Positions 20,378 to 28,070 of a stretch of DNA of 64,000 nt are shown here, one piece after another; within the stretch, counting starts at the first letter, position 1, and each line of letters opens with the position of its first letter. Below the pieces are notes generated by a model, which saw only the letters and a program-made list of their open reading frames with translations, was not told where the DNA came from and ran no database searches. Source of the stretch: Spirochaetia bacterium (GTDB lineage Bacteria > Spirochaetota > Spirochaetia > SZUA-6 > Bin103); assembly GCA_965198005.1 (NCBI GenBank), contig CBDAOI010000004.1, positions 384,001 to 448,000 on the forward strand, read 5' to 3'. A program made the translations under genes and the position numbers.

Positions 20378-20968
20378 GTGCTGTGCGGGGAGAGCCATGC
20401 GGTGGTGATTCATTGCTACTGCAAACGCCTGGTGCGGTGCACCGACGGCATTAATCACCAACACCTGATCGTGGTGATCATCTGTGAGCGGGCGCGGGAA
20501 GCGGGCACCCAGTACACCAAACGCATGCTGCCGTGGTTTGTGATTCCCGAGTGCAACATCAGGCTCGACCTGGTGCTCGAGCTGCGGAAGAAGCACCCCA
20601 CGGCCGGCAGCGCGCGTGCCCACGCCTACGCGGTGATCGGCAGCGCCTGTGAGCGCACCATAGCGCGTCATCTGCTGTGGGTGGACGACACCATCGCAGC
20701 GATGCTGCTGGAGGTGAACGAGTGGGTGGCCGAGCTGGCGCCGTTCACCGCCTTGCCACCGGTGCGCGTGGGCGAAGGTGCGCTGGCGCAGTTGCGGCGC
20801 TCAGTGGCCGCGCTGGAGAAGGCCAGACAGGCCGCGCTCGGTATCACCGTAGCGTTCACCGTTGTCGGCTGCGTTCACCTCGCCTACGTGGCGGAGCGCG
20901 CCCGGAGCCCCCCGCCGCTTCCATTGAGTCGTGTATTTCGAGGCGGTTGTTGGTTTGATACCACTTAA
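20378..20968 (+). CDS. Zn-finger protein, DUF6431-like (true start probably ~20300)
   Basis: 'PCVLCG...IHCYCKR...IIC...MLPWFVIP'; reading frame is open back to 20294. Confidence 0.5.
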   Translation: MLCGESHAVVIHCYCKRLVRCTDGINHQHLIVVIICERAREAGTQYTKRMLPWFVIPECNIRLDLVLELRKKHPTAGSARAHAYAVIGSACERTIARHLLWVDDTIAAMLLEVNEWVAELAPFTALPPVRVGEGALAQLRRSVAALEKARQAALGITVAFTVVGCVHLAYVAERARSPPPLPLSRVFRGGCWFDTT

Positions 20969-20993
20969 GCATCCACCCACAGGAGGCATCAAA

Positions 20994-21587
20994 GTGGATC
21001 AACTACTGGTTTCCCCCGACCGTTTGGCGCAGCTGGAAGAGCTGCTGCTGCTCTTTCATCGGATCTTGACCGAACCGACGCCACCGCCACGCCGCCACGA
21101 CTGGTTGCTGGAGCATTGCCGGCGCACCGGCGCCGATGAGCGCGATCTGTGGCGTGCCCTGGCTGGCTACCGCAGCAGCGATGCGACGGCGTTGCTGCAC
21201 GCCGACCACACTCGGGGGTCGATCTTCAGCCGCCAGGCGGCGCTGGTGCGGGAGAACATTCTGAGCCAGCTCATCGATGCTCCCCAGTGCGTGCTGGGCG
21301 GGTTCGATGAACTCTCCCAGCTGCTGCAGCTGATCGGCGACCGGTTGCAGTTTCTCTGTGACTGGGTGCTGGAGTTGTTCCTCACTCCCGAGCCGTGGCA
21401 GCCGCTCGATTCACACCACCTGGAGGTAGCCGGCGAGGTGCTGCTGCAGAAGCTCGCCGAGGAGGTCGAGCGCCTGCGTGAGCTGTACGCTGAGCAGCCC
21501 CGCCTGTCCCTCGACGAGCTCACCAGCGAGTACCGCGATTGGCTGTGCCGGCGGGCCGTCGTCGGCGAGCGCGAGGACCTCGAATGA
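20994..21587 (+). CDS. Hypothetical helical protein inside the transposon
   Basis: SD AGGAGG at 20981 before GTG 20994; ATGA-coupled to the transposase. Confidence 0.7.
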   Translation: MDQLLVSPDRLAQLEELLLLFHRILTEPTPPPRRHDWLLEHCRRTGADERDLWRALAGYRSSDATALLHADHTRGSIFSRQAALVRENILSQLIDAPQCVLGGFDELSQLLQLIGDRLQFLCDWVLELFLTPEPWQPLDSHHLEVAGEVLLQKLAEEVERLRELYAEQPRLSLDELTSEYRDWLCRRAVVGEREDLE

Positions 21588-22987
21588 GCGGCCCCGACTT
21601 CGCTTGGGAGCAGATCCCGGACGCGGCCATGGAGGCATTTGACGAACGCCTCCGCTTGGTCGAGATGCTGCTCGACCCGCACATCGGGAACGCCGACAAA
21701 CGCGCGGAACGCCGGCGCTACTGCGAGCAGCATCGGGTTGGGGAGCGCACCATCAGAGGCTACCTCCACCGCTATCGCAAGAAGGGCCCCCGGGGGCTGC
21801 TGTTCTACCGGCCGCGGCCCACCTCGCCTCGCGTCCACGATCCTGGGCTGCACGCCAAGCTCCTCGCGCTGGTCAACGAGCTGCCCACCAGGAGCGTCCC
21901 CCAACTGCGCAAGCTGCTCGCCACCGACGATCAGTTGGGCAGCAAGATCAAACGCATCTCAGATCGCACCATCTACCGCTTCCTGGCCGAGCAGGGCCTC
22001 ACCCAGGCGGTCCGCTACCGCATGCTCGCTGAAGACTCGCGCAGCTCCTACCGCTCGTTCGAGGCACCGCACTCCCTGGCCCTCCTGCAGGCCGACGCCC
22101 GCGACGGCATCTGGCTCGACACCCCCCAAGGCCGCAAGAAAACCTACCTGTTCCTCTGGATCGACGACTTCTCCCGCAAAATCCTGTTCGGCAAGTACTA
22201 CTTCGACGAGAAGCTGCCCGCCTTGATGGACAGCTTCCGCTATTGCGTCCTGCGTTACGGTGTGCCGGTTCGGTGTTATGTCGACAACGGAAAAGTTTAC
22301 ATCTCGCGCCACATGCTGGCCATCCTGGTCGAGTTACAGGTCAAACGAGTGCGCCACCCGCCCTATCAAAGCTATTGCAAGGGGAAAGTCGAGGCCGCCA
22401 ACAAGATCATCAAGAACCAGTTCCAACGCGAGGCCCAAGTCGCCGGGATGCGTACCCTCGATGAACTGAACTCCGCCTTCTGGGCCTGGATGGATCTGGA
22501 ATACAACGTCCGCGTCCACTCAGCCACCGGCCAGAGTCCCGATGCACGTTTCCGCGACGGGCTGCCCGCCGACCACCGCCGGATCACCGATCTGGAGACC
22601 TTCAACGCCCTGTTCCTGTGGCGCGAACGGCGCACCGTCACCAAGTATGGCAGGATCAAGCTGCACGGCAACCAATACCCCGTCACCAGCGTTCCTCATG
22701 GCAGCGTCGTCGAGGTCCGCTTCGACCCCTACGACCTCGCCCAGCTGGCCATCTACGACCCCGGCGGCGGCCTGCTGGAGACCACCAGCACTTCCAAACA
22801 GGTCACCACACAGGTGCCGGCGGTCCCCGAGGAGTCCCGCGCCAAGCCGCCTGAGGTGTCGGCCGCCGCGCGTGATTACTTCACCCGCCTGCGCGAGCAG
22901 CACCACGCCCGGCTTCGCGACCGTAACCAGACTTCGTTCAGCCAGTTCCGCACTACCCCCAAGGAGCACCACGATGCAGATGCATGA
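21584..22987 (+). CDS. DDE integrase/Mu-type transposase
   Basis: N-terminal HTH, 'LLQAD', 'IDDFSR', 'YVDNG', 'KGKVE', 'YNVRVHSATGQSP' and Mu C-terminal beta domain. Confidence 0.9.
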   Translation: MSGPDFAWEQIPDAAMEAFDERLRLVEMLLDPHIGNADKRAERRRYCEQHRVGERTIRGYLHRYRKKGPRGLLFYRPRPTSPRVHDPGLHAKLLALVNELPTRSVPQLRKLLATDDQLGSKIKRISDRTIYRFLAEQGLTQAVRYRMLAEDSRSSYRSFEAPHSLALLQADARDGIWLDTPQGRKKTYLFLWIDDFSRKILFGKYYFDEKLPALMDSFRYCVLRYGVPVRCYVDNGKVYISRHMLAILVELQVKRVRHPPYQSYCKGKVEAANKIIKNQFQREAQVAGMRTLDELNSAFWAWMDLEYNVRVHSATGQSPDARFRDGLPADHRRITDLETFNALFLWRERRTVTKYGRIKLHGNQYPVTSVPHGSVVEVRFDPYDLAQLAIYDPGGGLLETTSTSKQVTTQVPAVPEESRAKPPEVSAAARDYFTRLREQHHARLRDRNQTSFSQFRTTPKEHHDADA

Positions 22988-23772
22988 TCACGTCCTCTTC
23001 CTTCTTCGGCTTCTCCCGCCTGCCGTTCGGCAAGCACCTCCAGCCCGCCGACACGTTCCTCTCCGCCGCCCATCAGGAGGCGCTCTCCCGCCTCTCCTTC
23101 GGCGTCGCCGACGAGGATCTCCTGCTCCTCACCGGCCCCATCGGTTGCGGCAAGTCGGTCGCCCTCGCCGCTTTCGTTAGCGAACTCGACGGCAACCGCT
23201 ACCGCCCCCTCTATGTCCGCGGCGCCGGCCTCTCGGAAGCCCAGCTCTACAAGGCAATCCTCGATGAGTTGAAGATCGATCCGCCGTTCTTCGCCGGCCA
23301 GGCCAAGCAGCTGTTCTTCAAGACCATCCCCGAGCTGACCAAGAAACCACTAGTCATCCTCGACGATGCTCAGGACCTTGCGGCCACCGCCCTGACGGCC
23401 ATCAAGAACATGGTCAACTTCGCCTTCGACACCAAAAACTCCATCACCTTCGTCCTCGCCGGCCAACCCGAGCTGCGCGAGTTGCTCAGATATGTTTCCT
23501 TCGCTTCCTTGCGCCAGCGCATCCGTATCTCCTATCACATGCCGGCCATGGCTCTGGAGGAGACCTGTCGCTACATCGACCACCACACCGTCCGCTGTGG
23601 CCGCCCTGCCTCGATCTTCGCCGATGATGCCAAAGCTGACATTCACCGCCACGCCGGTGGTGTGCCGCGCTTGGTTAACGCCGTCTGCTATCGCTCCATC
23701 CTGCACGCCGTCGCCAACGACATCAGCATCATCGACTCCACCAACATCGTTGCCGATGAACTCCACGACTAA
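22984..23772 (+). CDS. ExeA/TniB-like AAA+ ATPase
   Basis: Walker A GPIGCGKS, Walker B 'VILDDAQ', 'LAGQPEL', 'GGVPRLVN'. Confidence 0.9.
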   Translation: MITSSSFFGFSRLPFGKHLQPADTFLSAAHQEALSRLSFGVADEDLLLLTGPIGCGKSVALAAFVSELDGNRYRPLYVRGAGLSEAQLYKAILDELKIDPPFFAGQAKQLFFKTIPELTKKPLVILDDAQDLAATALTAIKNMVNFAFDTKNSITFVLAGQPELRELLRYVSFASLRQRIRISYHMPAMALEETCRYIDHHTVRCGRPASIFADDAKADIHRHAGGVPRLVNAVCYRSILHAVANDISIIDSTNIVADELHD

Positions 23773-23898
23773 ACCGCGACAGCCGGCACCGCTGGCGTTC
23801 GCCGCTGGCGGATACCAGCATCACAGGCTGGCACGCGCTGGCAACCCTGCTTGGCACGGTTTGGAAACGGCGGCTGGCTGGAAACACGATGGGACTCG

Positions 23899-24030
23899 TC
23901 GCGACCGTCGTAGCTCACCTCCGCGGTGACTCCCACCTGGATCGGTATGCGCAGCGCCAGCCGCTCCGGAGGCACGCCGAGCGGCCGCAGGCGGGGCAGC
24001 TCCTGCTGCCGGCGCTGCTCGGGGATCCAC
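23899..24030 (-). pseudogene. Short IS21 istA fragment
   Basis: Near-identical to 3393-3520. Confidence 0.75.
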
Positions 24031-24048
24031 TAGGCGCTCAGGCTGGCC

Positions 24049-24077
24049 TTGCCTCGTTGTCCTTCCCGGACTACAAT
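24049..24077 (+). promoter_or_regulatory. Sigma70-like promoter, probably leaderless
   Basis: TTGCCT-N17-TACAAT, 7 nt before GTG 24085. Confidence 0.55.
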
Positions 24078-24084
24078 CCACTAC

Positions 24085-24549
24085 GTGCTTCACGTGCTGA
24101 TGGACGCAGATTGCCTGATCAAGATCACGCAGGCGGGATACAAGGAGCATGTCCTCGACGCCTTCAAGGTGGTCGTCCCGGAGCCCGTCGTGAAGGAGGC
24201 CGTGGTCCAAGGTTCTGGTCGCGCGGCGTCAGAACTGATTGCCACGAACATCGCGGCGCGACGAATAGAGGTTCAGGCGGTCGCGGGGGAATCCGGGGAC
24301 AGTGCTCTCACGACCGCCTTTCGGGAGGGAAGCTTCGACTGCATGGGAACGGACGACCGACGGCTGATCAGTCGTCTGACGACGCTGGGCATCCCCTGTG
24401 TGGTGCCCGGCCTTCTGCTGTACGAATTGGCCAAGCTCGGCCAAGTATCGCGGCAAGAGGCCGAGCGGTTGCTGCAGCGTCTTCAGCAGTCCATCAGCAG
24501 CGAAGAGTATCAGATCGTTCGCCACCTGATGAGAGGACTTGAGCAATGA
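24085..24549 (+). CDS. PIN-like (DUF3368-type) putative toxin
   Basis: 'VLMDADCLI', 'VVVPEPVVKE', 'TDDRR' acidic PIN pattern. Confidence 0.7.
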   Translation: MLHVLMDADCLIKITQAGYKEHVLDAFKVVVPEPVVKEAVVQGSGRAASELIATNIAARRIEVQAVAGESGDSALTTAFREGSFDCMGTDDRRLISRLTTLGIPCVVPGLLLYELAKLGQVSRQEAERLLQRLQQSISSEEYQIVRHLMRGLEQ

Positions 24550-24848
24550 GTGTTCGCAGCATACGGATTACCGAGGAAATTGAGACAGCCGTCCGGTATG
24601 TCGCCGACCGGGAACACGCCGCGCAGGCACAGTCATTGCGCAAGCTGGCCCGAATGGGATTTGAAGCCTACGTCGCCGGCCAGTACCGGGTAGGGGAGGT
24701 CAGCCTACGGCAAGCTGCCGGTCTACTGGGAGTGACACTATGGGAAGCCCTCGACCGCCTTGCCGCGCTGGGTGCCACGGGCAACGCCAGCGGCGAGTCA
24801 GTACTGGCCGCGTTGGCTACGCTGGAAGCACCGCGGAAGCCGCTCTGA
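24546..24848 (+). CDS. UPF0175-like HTH protein, putative antitoxin
   Basis: Duplicate of 4031-4333. Confidence 0.7.
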   Translation: MSVRSIRITEEIETAVRYVADREHAAQAQSLRKLARMGFEAYVAGQYRVGEVSLRQAAGLLGVTLWEALDRLAALGATGNASGESVLAALATLEAPRKPL

Positions 24849-25001
24849 GCTCGGGGCCCGTGCACTGACCGTGTCGGGGATACGCAAGCCCGAGCCCGGA
24901 CGGACGGCCGCTCGGGGAACACCACCACCAGCGAGCTGCGCTTGACCAGCTGCAGGGCGCGCCGCGCACCTTGCCTCGCCTCGGGTTCGGCGGTCAGGGT
25001 C

Positions 25002-25647
25002 GGTCACCTCCGAGTGGTTGACCGGGTGGTCGCGTCCATAGCAAGCTTGCCTGGCCTGGGTTCGACGGATCGATGATGAAGCGCCATGATGACAGTCAGC
25101 GCAGTGGCCGGTGGCCGGTGACGTTCGGAGACCTCCGAGTCGTTGACAGGGTGGTCGCGTCCATAGCACGTTTGCCTCGCCTGGGGTTCGACCGATCGAT
25201 GATGACGCGCCATGACGACAGTCAGCGCAGTGACCGGTTGGCGCTCACGTTTGGTGAGCTCCGAGTGGTTGACCGGGTGGTCGCGTCCAGAGCAAGCTTG
25301 CCTCGCTTGGGGTCGGACGGATCGGAGATGAAGCGCCATGACGACAGTCAGCGCAGTGGCCGGTGGCCGGTCATGTTCGGTGACCTCCGAGTGGTTGAAA
25401 GGGTGGTCGCGCCCACGCTATCATGCCTGGCCTGGGGCGACGGATGCCGATGAAGCGCCATGATGACAGTCAGCGCAGTGACGGGTTGCCGGTGACCTTC
25501 GCTCACCCCGGTGACCCCCACGAGTCGTTGACGGCGCGCCGCGCCTATGCTAGCGTGCCTCACCTGGGGTTCGACGGATGGTCATGAAGCGTCACGATGA
25601 CAGGCAGCGCAGTGACCGGTTCGCTGTGACGCGACCGGTGCATCATA
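25002..25647 (+). repeat. Degenerate ~125-bp tandem repeat array B (5 units)
   Basis: Five successive aligned units with no unique spacers. Confidence 0.92.
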
Positions 25648-25953
25648 CCCCCCCACTTTTTCAAACCGAGAAACAACTAACCGCTCGGGCTGATCGCCCC
25701 GTACGCGACCCCGCGCACACCGTCGCCTTCACCACCGCCGTAGCTATCGGTGGCGCCCGCTCGGTCCATCGCCGAACCGGCATGCTGGCCGCCCGCGTCC
25801 TTCCAGGCGACCGCAACCGTCCCGGATCCCCGCCCGCGACTAACTGCGCGCAATACCCACCGCCGGCGTTGGCGGCCATTCAGACTCACTGCTGCTCAGA
25901 CCACCGCCACGCGTGGCGTTGTAACGCAGATCCCGACGTAAATCTAGAGAAGA

Positions 25954-27884
25954 GTTGGAGTAGGAATGACCATCGCTGATCACCCCCTCCACAGATCCCG
26001 GCGAGCGGAACTACCGCACCGGGCTCCTGCCTCAGGTATGACGCCAAGGCGGTGCAGGGGATAGGGATGGCACACTCGGGGCGGCGGCAACCAGTGGTCG
26101 AGCAGGCGGCTCATGCGCTCCCAGGTAAGCCGGGTCTTCTGACTGCGCCGCCGCATCGACCGATTCCAGAGCCAACCAACCCGCAGGCGGAACAGGCTGA
26201 TTGCGCGGGAGTTCATGGGCACCCCGTAGTAACGCAGGTGCCCACCCACAACCGAGCGCAGCCAGCTTCCCACCTCCGGGACCGGATCGTGCAGGCGTCG
26301 CCGAAGCTCGGTCTTCACCTGCCCCAGCTTGGCCTGCAACCGCTTCCGCATCGTCTGCCTGAGCACCGTAAACCGTCCGTTGCTCCCCTTGGTCCCGCAA
26401 ATGTGCGTGAACCCGAGGAAGTCGAAGGTCTCCGGCTTCCCCTGACCTCGACGCCTGCGGTTCTCGGCCGCGAACGGCCCAAACTCGATCAAGCGCGTCT
26501 TGTCAGGGTGCAGCTCCAAGGCGAACTTGCTGAACCTCTCGGTCAGCGCCGCCCGGAACCGCTCGGCATCCGAGCGGTGTCGGAATCCGACGACGATGTC
26601 ATCCGCGTAGCGCACGACGATCACCTCGCCACGCGCCTGCGTCTGCCGCCAGCGCCGGACCCACAGGTCGAACACGTAGTGCAGGTAGATGTTGGCAAGA
26701 AGCGGCGAAGCGCTGCCTCCCTGCGGCGTCCCCTGTTCGCTGCGTGTCCGCGTTCCACCGTGGTCGATGGCATCGAAGAACCCACGGATGTCCACGTCGA
26801 GCACCCAGTTCACCTTCCGTGTCAGCAGGCCCACATAGAGCGCGTCCAACGCATTGTGCTGGCTGCGCCCCGGCCGGAACCCGTAACTGAACCCGAGAAA
26901 GTCGGTCTCGTAGATGGTGTTCAGCACCTCGACTGTCGCACGCTGGACGATCTTGTCTTCCAGCGCCGTCACGCCGAGCGGTCGTTGCCGCCCGTCGCTC
27001 TTGGGGATGAACACCCTCCGCACCGGCTTCGCCCGGTACGCTCCTCGCTGCAGCCGTCCACAGAGGTCCAGGAGGTTGTCCTCCAGGTCCCCTCCGTACT
27101 GCCGCCACGTCACCCGGTCCACCCCCGGCGCGGCTTCCCGCTTGAGGCTGAAGTACGCCTCCCGGAGGATCGCGGGGTTGTCGACGTGGTGCATGAGCGC
27201 GGTGAACCGCAGCGTCCTATCCCGTCGCGCTGCTTGACGTATCCGCTCCAGCGCACTGTGCACGCCATATTGCCGGCGCGGTGTCCGGGGCGCGTTTTGC
27301 TGGCGCGGATTCCCTTTGGCCAGGCCCCTTCCCTCCACCCGCTCCGCGGCCCGGGCGCTGCCGGCCGGCGTGGCCGTAGGTGCTCCCTTGGCTGTATCCG
27401 GCGTTTCCGCCTGCGTGCCCGTGTAGGGTTCACCATAGCCGCGCCGCCTGCGGCAGCCCCCGTCCTTGTTCGCGGGTTTCCCAGGTACTATGGGCCTGTC
27501 CGACTTCCCAGCTCCGTTCATCGTCGGCGTACGTCCTTGGACTTCCCGACACGGCCTGCGGCGCCATCCGCCACAGGCGAAGCTGGGATCTCCCGGCTCC
27601 CGCGCAAGGTGTTTCCGTACGTGCCCGGGGTCTATGACCGCGCAGGGTCCCGTGGCGCCTCGCGATATCGGCGCCCCGGGTGTGGCCTTCCGCATCCTCC
27701 TACGGCGTCGGCACCCCAAAGTAATTCCTTTCGCGGCTCGATACCCGGCCCGCACGTACCCCTGTCAACGCTTCACCCCCGCCCTCGCGGGCGACGGCGC
27801 ATGACTCGGGGCCGCCGTGGGTCGCTAGCCCTTCGACGTATGACTCTTCCATTCACAACACCCTGCCGGTTTTTGCCGGCGCAC
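25954..27884 (-). mobile_element. Group II intron (probably bacterial class E)
   Basis: 5' GTGCG; domain V GAGCCCGGTGCGGTAGTTCCGCTCGCCGGGATC; domain VI ending ...CCTACTCCAAC; RT ORF; no target duplication. Confidence 0.95.
25980..27263 (-). CDS. ltrA: Intron-encoded reverse transcriptase/maturase with an in-frame internal deletion; no endonuclease domain; start uncertain
   Basis: 'APGVD', 'IPKSDGRQRPLG', 'SYGFRPGRS', 'GTPQGG', 'YADD', 'FDFLGF'; 'DIRGFFDAIDH' lies only ~9 aa before 'GTPQG'. Confidence 0.85.
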   Translation of the reverse strand: MHSALERIRQAARRDRTLRFTALMHHVDNPAILREAYFSLKREAAPGVDRVTWRQYGGDLEDNLLDLCGRLQRGAYRAKPVRRVFIPKSDGRQRPLGVTALEDKIVQRATVEVLNTIYETDFLGFSYGFRPGRSQHNALDALYVGLLTRKVNWVLDVDIRGFFDAIDHGGTRTRSEQGTPQGGSASPLLANIYLHYVFDLWVRRWRQTQARGEVIVVRYADDIVVGFRHRSDAERFRAALTERFSKFALELHPDKTRLIEFGPFAAENRRRRGQGKPETFDFLGFTHICGTKGSNGRFTVLRQTMRKRLQAKLGQVKTELRRRLHDPVPEVGSWLRSVVGGHLRYYGVPMNSRAISLFRLRVGWLWNRSMRRRSQKTRLTWERMSRLLDHWLPPPRVCHPYPLHRLGVIPEAGARCGSSARRDLWRG

Positions 27885-28070
27885 AGGAGGTTCGAATGAT
27901 ACTGAAAGAACCGCACGCGCGCGCGGCGTGAGCCCGGCTAAACCCGGTGAGTCACACGCCGCGCGCTTCACAAATTGACTCAGACTGGCGGCAAGCGTTG
28001 CGCGCCTGAGAGTAGCCAGGGAGCGGCAATCCGCTCCGCAATACTCTCGAAATACCGTTCAAGGATAACG

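Larger units (their letters stand above)
20145..23886 (+). mobile_element. Four-gene Mu/Tn552-like DDE transposon with TGT...ACA ends
   Basis: Left end TGTTGCCCGCCAG....TTTCC vs reverse-complemented right end TGTTTCCAGCCAG....TTTCC; encodes a transposase and an AAA ATPase. Confidence 0.75.
25655..28070 (+). promoter_or_regulatory. SBP leader copy 3, split by a group II intron (25655-25953 and 27885-28070)
   Basis: Removing 25954-27884 restores CTAGAGAAGA|AGGAGGTTCGAATG as seen at 36600-36623. Confidence 0.85.

Noticed and set aside
25073-25453. 42-aa repeat protein encoded by the array (also ORFs 4427-4828 and 35924-36346)
   Set aside because: The frame is broken by non-triplet indels between units and arrays; likely incidental
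25002-25647. CRISPR array
   Set aside because: Units are similar along their whole ~125 bp with no unique spacers, and no cas genes are present
26052-27899. 615-aa plus-strand ORF over the intron
   Set aside because: Antisense shadow of the GC-rich RT gene and ribozyme
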